DNA from: Eledone cirrhosa | Taxonomy: Eukaryota | Direction of reading: 5' to 3' | Length of the DNA stretch: 64,000 nucleotides | Assembly (NCBI GenBank): GCA_964016885.1 | Contig: OZ024742.1 | Coordinates: forward strand, 268,274,001-268,338,000 | The notes under the pieces: model-generated | Database searches by the model: none | Seen by the model: only the letters and a program-made list of their open reading frames with translations | Told to the model about the DNA's origin: nothing | Translations under genes and position numbers: made by a program | Shown: piece by piece, positions 40,960 through 55,800 of the stretch | Position numbering within the stretch: the first letter of the stretch is position 1 | Layout of the letters: each line of letters opens with the position of its first letter

Positions 40960-41777
40960 TATAATATAAAGTATGTGTGTGTGTGTGGGTGTGTCTGTGT
41001 GTCTGTGTATTACATATAGGGGCCTATATCTTACGACCGATTTTCATGAAACTTTACAGGCTCATAGATTAGTCATCGGCGAATGTTTTCTGTATATCAG
41101 CGTATCTTTTTTTTTTATTCCGGGGTCATTCTGCAGATAAAAATTGATAAGGGGGTGGGTCACCTTTTTTTAGGTATCGAAAAAGTAAGAATTTTGGCTC
41201 TAGCTCCCACATTTTGCCACCGATTTCGTTCAAATTTTAAAGCAAAATAGAATTCATGATTGAACATCCTGAAATGGCTTTATAATTTGCATTTGTTATT
41301 CAGGAGCGGTGTGGCAGCCGCTTAAATATTCAAAAATACCACTGTTAGACTCAAATTTCTACTTTTTCGGCTCTAGTTCCCACATCAATCAACCTACTTT
41401 GTTCAAATTTTACACTACCCTAGATCTGATTATTTCACGTCTTAAAATCGCTTTATATGTCGGATTTTTTGTTCAGGAAGGGCGTGGCAGCCGCTTAAAT
41501 ATTCGAAAATACCACCTTTTCGCTGAAATTTCCGCCTTTTCGGCACTAGCTCCCACATTTTTCAACCGATTTCGTTCAAATTCGAAACTCCCTCCCCCAG
41601 CATGCCCATTCAACAGTCACCCGCGTTTCTAAGTTATAGAGGTCATCACCACCCTCCCCCGCATGGCATGTGTGTGGCCATAGATGAGTCATCGCGAAAC
41701 AGTCGCTAAGATCAACACCTTTTCATCAAAGCAGATATTATTTTACCTACCCAGGCAACGCTGGGTTCCGCTGCTAG
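40960..41777 (+). mobile_element. Non-autonomous Helitron-like element
   Basis: 5' (GT)n/GTCT tract, accgattttcatgaaactt motif, three internal subrepeats, 3' hairpin cccaggcaacgctggg followed by CTAG|T. Confidence 0.7.
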
Positions 41778-42660
41778 TAATATAATATAATATAAAATAA
41801 TATAATATAAGCCATCCCTTCGTATTCTATGTCATCGACATTTTTATTACTAACAAGAAAATATAGCCCACATAATGTCATACAAAGAAAGTGTTCTATC
41901 ATGGAACGAATGCGTTTCTTGTAAAATTTAAATACAGGCAGAGGCATGTCTATGTTATTAACAGCTTTGCTTAACAAGAAAATGAAAGTGGTTCGATCCT
42001 TTAGGGAGGTACTTTGGGCTAGTTTCTGCTACAATGTGTATGAACGAGGGAAATACACACGAGAAAGAATCTCAATAATACATACAAGTACAGAAGGTTT
42101 CTTCTATCTTATATAATGAATAAACTGCAAAGAATTAAAAGTTAAACAAAAACAAGTGAAATAATTCCATTGAGAGATATGTTTCCTAAAAAGGCAAAAC
42201 AAAGAGAAACAGTTACCTAGAGGTTCAGTGAAGGAAAGATCAATTAAGAAAAACAACTTAAGAGTAAAGCCCCTACTATCCATGGCGCAAAGCAAGTATA
42301 ATTTAAAGCTAGCAAGGGCTGCCTCGAATAATTTTAAAGTATTCGAAAATTTACGTTTCTTAGAAGCATGTTGAGTATGATATCTCTCACCTCAGAAGCT
42401 TCCTGGCAACATTCGCGATCCTGTGGACAGGGATACTTTCTGTTTCCAGGGGAATTCAATTCAGACGTATCACCAAATAGTGTTGGCCAAAAACTCCGTT
42501 CAATTTTTGTCGAGACTAATTCTGAAGCATTCTAGTAAGTATCCAACGCCAGTCAGTGCTGGTGCATTCGCACCCCTTAGTTATCTGATACCTCATTGCA
42601 GGTCGACACGAACTTGCGACGAGGCAAATTGTATTTTGTCTGTTTTGGATCAGCCTAAAT

Positions 42661-42940
42661 ATGGAGAACCAAATCAAACATTATCGATGCCTCGTGTTTT
42701 TTTTATATTAGAAAAGGGAAGGACAGCGGTGGAGATCTGCAGAAATATAAGCACTCTCTACACAGTGGATGCTACTAATGAAGGTGTGCGCTAGAAATGG
42801 CTTACAAGATTTCGATCAGAAATATTGCGGTTCAAGATGCAGCTCGCACTGGCCGGCCGAATGAGATTAAAAGGGAACAAATGGAACAATTAGACAAGCT
42901 CCGTTATACCTAGAGGAAGATCACAGATATTCTGCAATCG
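42661..42940 (+). pseudogene. Mariner transposase N-terminal HTH fragment
   Basis: MENQIKHYRCLVFFYIRKG..AVEICRNI..Y..KW..RFRS..DAARTGRP with stop/frameshifts. Confidence 0.7.
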
Positions 42941-43256
42941 TAAGCCGCGCACGGATATATATTTCGAACTTCCTCCCCCAAAAGATTTTCCCTATTCTTT
43001 CGTATATACTATCTCTTGCTGCTTGGACATTGAAAGCAAAATACATTATTACGTAACGGTGAGGTCTTCTTAACTCTTAATTTGTTTATTCCTTTGTTTG
43101 GCAAGCCAGCTCAACCTTTGTAATTACTTGTGAATAAAAACATGGAAAAATGTTATCGAAGACTTTACGACTAAATCCACGCAACATTCACTTCTCTAAC
43201 ACTTAACAAACTGTTACATTAAAACCATATCTTTCCTGCTACAACAAAAATACAGA

Positions 43257-44604
43257 AATGGGCCGAGACAAAGCTGTCCCTGAAAGGTCGGGCAGAGGTG
43301 ACAAATGCGTTCATCGCATCCTTCATCTGATACCGCCTAACCCTTGCGCCTCCTCTTCCGCTTTTTATGGAAGGGACGTGCTCCCATGGTTAGACGATCC
43401 ATCTGCTGTCAGCAACCGTTGCGTGGAGGGCTGGGCTTGCCGTGGCTGATGATACGCAAAAACGCACTGAGGCTGCGACATCTCTGGTGCTTCCTTGACG
43501 GTAAACAGGTGTGGTCACCGTTTGCCAGATGTGTTTTTCCCCAGCTCGCCTCATTAACGGAGCTGCAGTCCTGGATCAAGAAAAGAGCGAGGGATAGCGC
43601 TTGGAAGCTGGAATGTATCCAAGCGCTCACAGCCTTCTATCAGCTGGGCACTAGTATCGGTGTAACATCCACCTCGGCGTTCTATAGAGGACTAGTGGAG
43701 GGGAAGAGCGACTACATTCTCGGACAGATCCTGGGCGTCGAAGAAGATCAGCTGTTTGCTCTCTTCCGGAGAATTTCAGCCCGGGGCCTATGGATAACTT
43801 CCAAAAATCTCTGGCCTGGCAGGGCTACCGGGCAGCGCTGCCGGTTCGAGATAAGCTCTACAGGCACGGGAGTGCGTCAGCCGAGCCTGTCCGAGATGCG
43901 CGCAGAGCGACGAAACCGTCGTGCACGCACTCGTTCAGTGCCCGAGCATTGCTGACTTGTGGAGCTATGTCGAACAGTTGCTGTCGCGTGTAGGACTGAT
44001 CCGGTTGTCGACTGAGTCCAGTGTGCAGATGGTCGCGCCGTCTTCCTTCGAGGAGGAAGCGCAGGCTGTTTTCATCTGCCTGGTGGACATGGCGAAAGAG
44101 ATTGCGTGGTGGACAAGGTTAAAATGGTTAAAGACAGACACTTTCCTCTTCGGCGAATCCCTAATTAACTTTTTCACTTGAAGAGGAAAATCAGGGTGGA
44201 GAGGTTAGTGCTGCCTTCTAGCAAGTTTGTGGAAAGGTGGGTGAATGTAGCCAGAAAAGTCCGAGTGAACGGGGACACTCTGAATATACGCCTGTAGTTT
44301 GAGAGATGGAAAATTGAGAGAGGCGCTTGTGCTGGTGGTCTGGGTGGCCGTAGACTTTTGTGTGGTTTTCGCCACAAGTAACCCTTGGAGGTTTCCCCCC
44401 TATTGGGGAATTTTTCATTGTTTCAATTTTCATTTTTATTGTTTATATATATATATATGTTTCTATGTCCTTTTTTTTCTTTTCTTATATAAATAATAAA
44501 AATATGTACACGCACAAAACCCACATCGTACCGTCCTGTACCGTCCTGTGCCGTCTGTAATGTTTTTCTTGATGTCAGCCCTCGTGGCCAATAAAGAAAT
44601 CAAA

Positions 44605-44606
<2 letters not shown>
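43257..44606 (+). mobile_element. Tx1/L1-like LINE 3' fragment with (ATT)n tail
   Basis: LFRFLWKG..GGLGLP, C-terminal zinc-finger remnant, 3'UTR ending gtggccaataaagaaatc. Confidence 0.88.
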
Positions 44607-44647
<41 letters not shown>

Positions 44648-47600
44648 GGCGACCTACCAAGTAAATCGTATCATCGTGAGCTCCGCAAAGGTTTGATATT
44701 TTCAGTTGTTTAAATTTGCCATTTATGGAAAATTTTTATTGTTAACTGTAAATAAGATCCCATACATTGTTATCTGAAAAGGACACCCAAAAAGATTGGC
44801 GCCTTGAGCCGAAAATTTAAACTTTTATAATTATCAAACAAACATTTTTCTTGGAAAAATCATGGACGACTCAGAGTCACTCTTTCCTCACAAACTAACA
44901 CCTCACACCGACACCACCATTGTAAATATTACTACGTTTGCCAACACTAAAAATATAAGCAGTAGCAATATTTTAAATTTGTCTCAGGCAGACATTCATT
45001 TCCGCCATTACCAATGACTGCAGGTGTTAAAGCCGCCACCACCACCACCACTGCGACAACCACCACCCCACCACCACCGCGACAACAGAAACAAAAGAAA
45101 AAAATAAATTAACTCGTGATATCGAAATAAATTCAAACGAAATGAACACTTCCACACCGAACACTACTGACGCCAACACCACCACAACTGAAACTAGAAT
45201 TAACAATGACAAAAATAATGATAACACCAACAGCAACAATGATATTAAGAAAACCATCCTGAGTTTTGCCAGAGTAGCAAAACAGTGCGAAGCATTCCAG
45301 GTTACTCAGGAGGAATTAGAAGAAGCCAAAAAAATGGAAAAGAAAGATGGGTACAAGGTCAGTTCCCCCCCACACACACACACACCTAATAAAATGGATC
45401 ATCGGCGCCTATGCACCGTGTCTTATCGGACGATTAGCATAAAATCGCGCCGAGTAGAACGGGCATCCGAGTCCCAAATCCAAAAAGCTTTGGGACATGT
45501 GTGAGCAAAAAAACTCCACATCAGACGTGGGCAGAAATATGGAACCGTGGACGTGTTCTTTGAAACACCACAGGAGGCCAGAGAACAATCCATGGCCCCA
45601 TTAAAAAGTGACGACTTCACACTCGTCCCAAGCTATTGTGGCCAGAGACTTGTAAATATCAGGGTGACCCACGTTCCACCGGCCATCGAAAGTCCCTGGC
45701 TAATAGCTGCCGTCCTCGCCGGCATCGAAGCAACACCAAGATAATCGAAATAGCGAAAGAAAAGCAGGAGAACTGGTCCGGATCTGGGATGGAGCTCCTG
45801 ATACAAGCGGACCAAAAAAGCATTGAGGAGATCCCAGAGGTAAAATACATCACTGACGGCAGCCACCTCACCGTAATCGTCGAGGGCAGAAGGCCTAGGT
45901 ATGTCGTTTGTGGTGAAGGAACCCACCTAAGGGCTTTCTGCCCTCAGGCTAAAAGGTTGAGGCCACCTCTCTTACCCACACCAGTGATTCAACCATCAAC
46001 ACCACCAGCAGCAGAGATGGCAGCAACAACTGTAGCAGCAACATCGGAAGCAACTGTAACAGCAACAACCCCAGCAACAGTAGCAAAACCAATACCACCA
46101 CCACCCAACGCGCCAGAACTAGTACTAGCGTCTACACCATCCACCACGCCACAAACAAAACGAACGCTTGTGGAGGATTTTCCACTCCCCGACCTATTAC
46201 AACTGGAGACAGATTGTGACGACGAGGAGTGAGAAACCGTATCAGGAAAAAAGAAAAAAAGAAAGCCAAAAAGAAAAAAAATTCTCTTCCCTCGCCCTCC
46301 AAAAACAAAATACAGAGGGAAACAAATAAACTATAAACAAAAAAGTTAGAACAGATATGCCACCATCCACACCAGCATCATCAACCCCATCAAGCCAAAC
46401 ACCAACACCACCACCTTCATTAACCGCAAAACCACCATCACCAACACCACAAAAGTCACCAAAAAGCGAAACAGAAACAAACACACAACAAACGCAAACA
46501 AAACATAACAACCAAAACGATACACACTACACAGCATTAAATTTGAACAACCACCAATTATTACACTACATCCAACACAACACCAGCATAACAGAAAAAG
46601 ATTACACAACAACCCAAAAGTTCACACCTCCTCCACACATACAAATCACTTGCATTAGACAGAAAACGTACAAGACACTAAAACAAAAATTCCCCAAAGA
46701 CATCGAAGACTTCCTACAAGCACTCTCCAGGAGGATTTATGAGGACATGCTTCCGGAGGAGGCCACAAGCAGGGAAAAGGATGGAGAAACCATCCTTCCT
46801 CTACGAGAAGTAAGGTAAGTGGTCTTTCCCATCTTTTCCACTCCATTTCAACATGACCTCACTCAGAATAGGCAGCATAAATGCGCGTGGCTTGGGGTCG
46901 TCATGGAAGCAGGGCCACCTGCTCAACGACCTCAGGTCACTAAACATAGATGTAGTGGCCATCAGCGAGACCAGAATCTCCGAAGCACGGGCCTTTTCAC
47001 CGACCTTCGGCGGCTACGATGTGTTTGCATCTCCCAGCCGTCCTGGTTTGGGGTGAGGCGTTACTGTGCTTTTTAGGAGAGGTTTGTATCTCGCCATACA
47101 GGCCATCTTCCTGGACCCAGAAGGTAAGTTGGCGGTGCTGGACGTGACCAGCGGAGACGGGCAAGCTTTCAGGCTAGTGGCCGTCTATGCCCCGACAGGA
47201 GCAGGGCGGCCTGATTTCTTCCGGCGTCTGGAGACCTTTCTTGGAACGTCCCGCTCTTTAGTGTTAGTGGGCGACTGGAACGGGATCTTAGATGCAGGCT
47301 GGGACTGTGTGGGATTAGCGGATATGGGAGGAGGGTGCAAGAGCTTCACCAACCTGCTCAGGCGTTTTGAACTGTCTGACAGGTACCGATTGGATTTCCC
47401 GAATGTGACAATGTGGACTTGGACAAACCGCATAGGGTCATCCAGATCATATCTAGATAGGGTATTTTGTAGGGAAATAGATAGTCTAGCATAGGCTGTC
47501 CACAATTCAAGATAGTCAGCTAAAAGGACCACAAATTCGTGATCTGTGTGCTTGACTTAGATAGGCTTCATAGATGAGGACCCGGCTACTGGAAGCTAAA

Positions 47601-49242
47601 CGTGTCCTTATCAGCGCGCAAGGCCTACAGAGACCGGATTAGCGAACTAGTTAAGCGGTCGTTGACGGGGGCCCTCGTCAACAACAAGTGGTGTTTTGCT
47701 CTGAAAAGAGCGATTAGAATAGAGTCCATTAAATTTAGTAAGGCTTTAGCAATAGAGAAAAATATGGCAGAGGGAGAACTAGTTAGAAAATTAGACCAGG
47801 CGCTTAGCAAAGGTATCTTGACCGACATACTTGCGGCGCAATTGGCCCTTGACCAATTCTTCAATGCAAAGCACTAATGCTGCGTTGTCTGAGCTAGGGG
47901 ACGTGCTCTCAGACACGATGGGACGAAAGCGGTTCAATGGGCCCGAGTAGCGGATGCGCGTCGTGGCAACAAACTACGATCCGGTCTTTGGTGGACCACG
48001 ACGGGCGCATGCTACTCGATCCGGGGGAAATGTGTGAAGCTTTCCAGCGACACTTCGCTCAGCTGTTCGGGGTTAGCGGCGGGCCAAATCGAGGGATGGA
48101 CTTTAGTGTCTACCAAGACGGACTACCGCGGCTCTCGGCCTCTGAGACGGAGTGTTGTGAAAAGCCGATAACAGCCGCTGAAGTACGGGAGGAAATGACT
48201 GGCTGCAAAACGGGTAAATCGCCTGGTTTGGATGGTCTGCCTTATGAACTTTACGTACAGATGCCAGACTTGTTCGGAGACAATCTTGGCGGACGTCAAC
48301 TGCAACTGGCAACATAAGGGGAGAATTCCCTGCTCTGTGAGCCGAGGAGCTGTGGCGCTGCTGAGAAAGGATCCGAACAAGGGGGATAAGATAGATAATT
48401 TCAGGCCCATAACTCTGCTAAACACAGAATTCAAGATTTTGACAAAGGTGCTAGAAAAGAGGTTGGCGCTTGTCGTTGGTGTACGTTGGGAGAGGCGCAG
48501 ACGTGCGCCATTCCCGACAGATCCATCCACGACAACCTCCACCTCATGCGAAGCATCGTAGAGAGGATAGCTAGGGAACCTGGCACGGGTGGGTCCTTGA
48601 TCAATTTAGATGAGTCGAAAGCTTTCGATAGGGTCGAACATCGTTACCTAGCGGCAGTCCTGAGGGCGGCTGGCTTTAGGCCCGTCTTCAGAAGCTGGAT
48701 CGGTGCCATGCACAGCGACATCTGCTCTGTGGTGAGAGTGAACGGTCACCTTTCGGAACCGTTCAACATCATGCGCTCGGTCCGCCAAGGATGTTCCCTC
48801 TCGTCCCTCTTGTAGTTATTGACTCTCAAGCCATTACTGCACAAACTGGAGACGTTTAGGGGTGTCCCGCGCGAACTAGGATGCGGAAGATCCGTGTCAG
48901 CATATGCGGACGATGTCACCGTAGTGGTGTCGAACGCCAAACACATCGAGGCGATCGGCACTACACTAAGAGAATACGAAGCGATGACAGGAGCAAAGAT
49001 TAACCAGGAAAAGTCAGTAGGCCTGCAGCTCGGTACCTGGAGAGGCATGTCCATGCCGTCCAACAGCGTCGTCGGTCGCTGGAAGGACGGACCGGTTAAA
49101 TTGCTAGGGGTCTGGTTCGGTCCGGACCTCCAGACGAACACAAACTGGGACACGCAGAAATGCCCATTTGTACCGTCCTGTATTGTCCTGTACTGTCCTT
49201 AATGTCTACTTTATGTAAATCATTGTGCTTAATGAAGAAAGC
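44648..49242 (+). mobile_element. Tx1/L1-like LINE, 5'-complete, decayed ORF1 (44862-46818) and ORF2 (46853-49150), 3' internal deletion
   Basis: ORF1 has a degenerate zinc knuckle. APE motifs SINARGL, ISET, VYAP, GDWN, YLDR; RT motifs KSPGLDG, FRPITLLN, KAFDRV, VRQG, YADD. (ATT)n on both sides. Confidence 0.9.
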
Positions 49243-49269
49243 ATTATTATTATTATTATTATTATTATT

Positions 49270-52200
49270 GTTCTTTGAGTCTCAGTCATTTATGTTAATT
49301 AACTGGAAAGTTTGTTGAAATTAATATCAACCCACTACCTGCAGCCTCAGATATTCCAGACATATCGGATGGTTCTTGCTGTTCCCAGCAAGTATGCCTT
49401 TTGAAGGTTTCCAAAAAGCGTGTCGGGGCCAATTTTCTTTACCATTCCTGGAAACCTTTTGAGATAGTACCTAGTGCGCCTATGACAATCGGGACCACTT
49501 TTCCCTCCCACTTTAAGTCCTGGTATCGGTTAATTTTCTCCCTCTCCTTCTCTTGCACTCTCGTGTCGAATGGGCAGGCCACATCCACAATCAGGCACGA
49601 TCTTTTTTCCTTGTCCAAAACCACCAGGTCTGGTCTATTGTGTTCCAGTTTCTTGTCCGTCTGTATTCTAAAATCCCAGAGCACCTTCACCTGATCGTTT
49701 TCTATCACCGACTTTGGCTTATGCTCATACCACTTCTCAGAATGTGGTAAATTGTTTACTTTGCATAGGTGCCAGTGGATCACCCTGCCCATCACATCAT
49801 GTCTCCAGCCATTATAGTGAGTCTGGGCTAGGTGTTTACACTCGGATACAATGTGAGCCACAGTCTCCTCTCTCTCTCTCCACATATCCTGCACAGTGGA
49901 CTAGCCTCCTCTTTGTAAATATGGTGTTTCAACCACTTCGTTTTGAGGGCCTACTCTTGCGAAGGCATTAACATTCCTTCTGTAGCCTTTTTAAGGTCTC
50001 CTCTTTTCAACCAGTTCTATGTCTGTGGATATCTGAATTCAGTTTTCTCAAAGAAGGTACTATGAAGGGTTTCCTGAAGGCTGCTCTTTCTCCTTGATGT
50101 TATTTCCTCCTTGGACATCCCCTAGCCTATTGTCCCCTCCTTCAGTACAATTCTGAGCATTGATTCCTTACTATCAGTCACGTATTTGTGTAGGTTGTTT
50201 TTCCCCATCTGAACACAGTCCTCTATGCTGATAAGACCCCTTCCACCTTCAGATCTCCTTAAGTAGAGTCTATCGACATCACTCCTCTTGTGGAACATGT
50301 TGTAGATAGTCAATAGCTTACTAGCCTTCCTATCCATTCCTATCCATTTCAGCAATATTCCATCTCAGGATTCCCGCACTGTACATGATAATATACACAG
50401 CTCGGGAATTTACTGCACTTATGGCAGTCCTACTGTTCAGATGTGACTTTAATACGCTCCTTACTCTCCGAATGTATTCAGATCTTATCAATTCCTTCAT
50501 TATTTGTTCTTGGTGTCATCAGCCTCCAGAACAGCCAAATACTTGTATCCTTCTTCAGTGTCAATTTCCTTTATCATCGCACCTGTTGGTACCTGGATTC
50601 CGTTGCTTCTGCTCAATCTACCCCATCTTCATCACAAGGACTCCACACTTACTAATCCCAAATTGCATACATATATCATTGCTGAAAATACGGAGAGTGT
50701 CAACAAGCACATCCAACTCCTTCTCACTCTTCCCGAAGAGTTTAAGATCATCCATGAAGAGGAGGTGATTGATGGTAAGCTCTCCCTTTCCCAACTTGTA
50801 TCCTGCTCTCACTTTTCGCAGCATAATGGTCAGGGACACAGGGCAAGGATAAACAACAGAGGGGACAGACTATCTCCTTGGAAGATGCCTCTCTTGATCT
50901 TCACGCCTCCCAAGGATTCTCCAGCTGATGTTAACTCTGTTTCCCAGGACTTCATACTTTGGCCCAACAACTCTCTGATGTTATCTGCCAGCTTGAAGAT
51001 CTCTAGGCTTTTGGTGATCCAAGAATGAGGCACCATGTCAAATGCCTTTTTGTAGTCTATCCATCCCATGGCAAGACCAGTGTGTCTCCTCTTGCAATTC
51101 CTCATTACCATCTTATCAATAAGTAACTGGTCCTTTGTACCTCGGGACTTCTTTCTGCATCCTTTCTGTTCGTCCGGTACCAAGTTGTTTCTGTGGAGGT
51201 GATGGTAGATTTCCTCAGACATAATGCTTCTCAACAGTTTCACATTAAGGACAGACATGTGATAGGTCTATAGTTGGTAACATCATTACCCTTGATTCGG
51301 TCTTTCATTACCAGAACTGTGGTACCTTTTGTCAACCACTCTGCTACCTCACCTGACATCAAGCATTCATTGAACATGGTTGTCAGTTTCAGGTGGAGGG
51401 ATGTTATATTGTTAATCCAATACCCCGGCACACTCTCTGGGCCTGGTGATTTCCAGTTGGTTAGTTTTTTGGCCTGCCACTTAAGAGTTTCAACTGTGAT
51501 ACTCAAATCAGTTCGTTGGTTTGCCTGTTCACTAATCTCCTTTTGTACTGTCTCAATCCACACTGTTTAACATCCTGCTCCCATATTCTTCTCCAGAATG
51601 TCTTAGTTTGTTCCGCCTCGGGGATCAAGTCGTTGCCTCTTTCTTTACCTTCAAGGCGTCCAAACAGCATCTTCTGGTTGTTGTCAAACATGCGGTTCTG
51701 TTTATACTGACTGACTCTGTTCTCGTATCGCCTGATTTTTGCACTCTTTGCTACAATGCGTTGCTTCAGTTCCTCTATGATAATATTTAGCTTTTTCCTC
51801 CTAGTTTTGTACTTTATTTCCAGTCTATTTTTAGTGCCTATGTTTTTTAGTGTCCCATTCAGTAGTGACTCAATCTTTCCAATGTCATTTCTCATTTCCG
51901 TGATTTGACCACTCAGTCGTTTCTTCCACCAAGGCTCTGCTCTTTCTTGTCTGTTGTTTCCTCTCGCTTTTATACCAAGGAGTTTCCTCACCGTATTTGC
52001 TTTTGCTTTGAGGATATTGTTGCACTGGTGAAGGCTCCTCGCCTCAAGGTATGGGATGACTTTTTTTACCTTAGCTTTTGTTTCTTTTAACTTTTTCCTG
52101 TCTACAAATCTTAGAGTCATAGGTTTCCAACTATCATTGTTCAATTCATCTACCACTAAGTTTAGGATATCAACCAAATCTTGTTCTATCCTGTCAGCAT

Positions 52201-52790
52201 TCATCTCCTCAATGGCCGTATCTTTGTTCCAGGTATTATTTATTTCAGCATTCAGATCATTGTCTGCTTCGGATTGTTCCTCGGTTCTCTCAACCTCTTC
52301 ACCTTCATTTCCCACTGACTCTCCATTTCCAACCTAATCTCTCTGCTCAGTTCCTTCAGTTCCAACTCGCTTATCCACCCATTAGTTCTTATTACCCGAG
52401 CCTGCCCGGCCAATTTTTGTTCATCTAATTTAAATAGACCAATCTCGTTCCAGATGTTATGCATCCGTTTCCTATAGCCTTTCTCATTGGGGTTACTCTT
52501 CAGGTAACATTGCATAACAGTTCTATTCAATTCTTTCGTCCAGTTGGTTCTGATCCCTTTCCTTCTTCTTCTTCCTCCGACACCAGCAGTATTTGGTTGA
52601 CAGCCAGGTCCCTGCTGCTGATCCAGGGAGCACCTGCTGGGTGAGAGTCTGTCACATGACATTCCAGTCTCCACTTCACCGTTATTCGAACTGTTTAGGT
52701 TCGACATTTAAACACTCTTATCGAAGGTTGGTGATTTTAGTGTGGCACTATCACGCTGTAGACGAACATATATAAACAAACAAACAAATA
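49270..52790 (-). mobile_element. R4/Dong-like LINE family A, near full-length, decayed
   Basis: [43 protein letters not shown] and RYQDL restriction-like endonuclease motifs. Confidence 0.9.
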
Positions 52791-52849
52791 GGTAAAAAAA
52801 AAATATATATATTATTATTATTATTGTTATTATTATTATTATTATTATT

Positions 52850-55800
52850 TGCATTTATCTTGCTTTATGTTTATACGAGTTATCACCAAGTCACAACCAG
52901 TGACCTCAAGAGACAACAAGGTCCGCCATGTTCAAGAAAGAACACACATATTCACAAATGCATCCTTAGTGTTTAGACTTGTGATGTACTTATATTGACA
53001 GGATCTTCCTTAGTATAGGGGCAGTTCCCATTAGTACTATCTTTTGTATTTCTCCTATACGCGGGTTTCCTGGGATTTGCGATAAGTAGTCGTTAGACCC
53101 CTTAGGTATCATTCCCAGAGCGCCTACAACCACTGGTATTGTTTTAGTTCTCAATTTCCACATTTTTCCAATTTCTATCTCCAGGTCCTTATACTTGCTC
53201 AATTTTTCAAATGTTTTTATAGATACATTCTTGTCTATTGGAACAGATATATCAATTAGCAGGCATACCCTCCTTTGAAACTCCTTCAATATTATATCAG
53301 GTCTATTTGCATCTATTTTTCGGTCTGTTTGGATGCTAAAGTTCCACAAGATTGAGATGTGATCTTGTTCAAGTATGGGAGGTGGTTGATGCTCCCACCA
53401 ATTCTTTTGATGGGGCAGGTCAAAATGCTTACACATTATCCAATGTATGTATTGTGCAGCTCTGTCATGCCTGTTTAGGTATTCGGTTGGAGCTATAGGA
53501 CTGCACATTGAAATTATATGGTCAATGGTCTCTGGTTGTTTTTTGCATACACGGCATAATGGGCTGCACCCATTTTTTATTATGTTGGCTTGGTAATTTT
53601 TTGTTGGCAGACACTGATCTTGTGCGGATATAATCAGTCCTTCAGTCTCCGATTTCAGTCCAGAGGATGCCAACCACTGATGGGTTAAAGTTTTGTCAAC
53701 ATCAGGATTGTTAGCTCGCTCTGGGTATTTTCCATACAGAGGCTTTTCTTGCCATTTCTTAGCCAGTTTCTGTAGCAGTTCTTTCTTTGCAGTTACTTTT
53801 ACCTGCTTTGCTTTTTCTGTGTTTTCCATTTCAGCAGTAAATGGGACTTCTGAAATTTGTAGTCCATTACTGTATCTTTGTGCATCTTTTGTAATGGAAT
53901 ATGATCTTTTGGTGCTTTCGTGTTTCAAAACGAGTTTGATCATCCAATCATGTGATTCCCTTAGATATGTGGATAATCCAATTGTTGCAGTTTTCAACGC
54001 AATGTCTAACTGGATTAACCAACGTCCTCCTTCTTTCCTAGGGAGATATATTCTATCTATGTCTGCCTTAGGGTGATGCATTCTGTGCATGGTTAAGAAT
54101 TTTCGGATTTTTGTATCGAGCCTACGGATCTCTGTGCTTGACCAGTTGATGACATTGTAACTGTAGGTTACTACTGGTATGGCAAGCGTGTTTATGGCAT
54201 CGATCCTATTCCTTGCATTCAATTCCGTTCTTAAGATTGCTCTGACTCTGCGGTAACATTCCTTCCTTATCCTTTCCCTCATTGTCGAGTGCTTGATTCC
54301 GTCTCCTTCACAAACACCTAGATATTTGTAAGTTTGTTCTTGATCAAGCTCTCTTATCACGTTCCCCCGATCAAGATTAATGTCTGAACTCTTCAGCAGC
54401 TTTCCTCTGGTGAACGTTGCTTTGGCGCATTTATCCAGTCCAAACTCCATTTTAATGTCATCACTGAACTGCTTCACAGTGGATAATAGCCCTTGCAATT
54501 GTTCATCATTTTTTGCAAATAGTTTCAGGTCATCCATGTAGAACAGGTGATTAATGGTTTTGTCATAGACTCTATATCCATGTTTTGTTTCATTGAGCAT
54601 TTTACTTAATGGTATAAGTGCGATGGAGAATAAAAGCGGTGATAAAGAGTCACCCTGAAAAATTCCACAATTAATGTTAACTTCTCCAGCTTCCAGTGAT
54701 TTTGTTTCACTATTCAAAAGGAGTGTCGTTCTCATACTGAATGACAAAAACCTCCTGATAACGGGGGATATTTTGAAAATCTCTAAACATTTTTCAATCC
54801 AACTGTGTGGCAAACTATCAAATGTTTTTTATAATCTATCCAAGCAATCGATAGATTTTTGTGTCTATTATGACAATCTTCCAGTATCATTTTGTTAACC
54901 AGAAGCTGATCCTTACAGCCATATGAGCCTCGATTACACCCTTTCTGCTCAATGGGAAATAGGTCATTTGTTATCAGGTGGTCACATGTGTATTCAGTTA
55001 GGACTGATGTTAAAATGTTATACATTGTGGTCAAGCAGGTTATCGGTCTGTAATTTTTGGGATTGTTTGTCTCATCATTCTTCGGTAGCAGGAATGTAAT
55101 GCCGTTAACTAGCCATGATGGTATCTTTTCTGGCTCCTTAACTATTTCATTGTAAAGTTGGGCTAACAGCTCATGAGACTCTGTGAAGGCATTTATCCAA
55201 AAGTTTTGTATTTTGTCTTTTCCTGGGGATTTCCATTTGCTGGTTTTTCTTAGAGCCAAGCGCAGCTGTTCAACTGTTATATTTTCCCATGTTTGTTCTT
55301 CAAGGTGAGCTGTTTCTTTCATTTGTCTGTCTTTCCATGGGACATGTATGTTATGAACTTTTTCTTCGGCCCAGATCTTTTCCCAGAATTCTTGCACTTC
55401 CTCCTTGGGTGGTATTGATTTAGCAGTTATTGTTGACTTACGAATTTTTCTGTAGAAGTTTCTTTGGTTGTTTTTGAACATTCCTTATAGAATCTAGATC
55501 GTTTTTCAAAGCGCCTTATACGAGCAGCTTTGGCCGACACTTTTTGCTTGATTGTTTCTATCAGCATGTCTATGTCACATGTTGATCTTATACTGTACTT
55601 TTTTTTCAATTTTCTAAGTTTAGTTTGTTTAACATGTTCACCTACTTTATAGTTTGTTAAAATTTCTATGTCAGATCGGAGAAGGGTTATTTGGCGATTG
55701 ATGTTATCTTGCCAAGTAGATTTCTTGTGGGAATTCCTTTGTTTTTTCATCTTCACTCCACATAAGTGAGTGGTGACTTTAGCCGATGCATAATAGAGAT

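Noticed and set aside
40547-41600. CRISPR-like or satellite array
   Set aside because: The repeats are tandem SINE copies and Helitron subrepeats in eukaryotic DNA; no repeat-spacer periodicity or cas genes.
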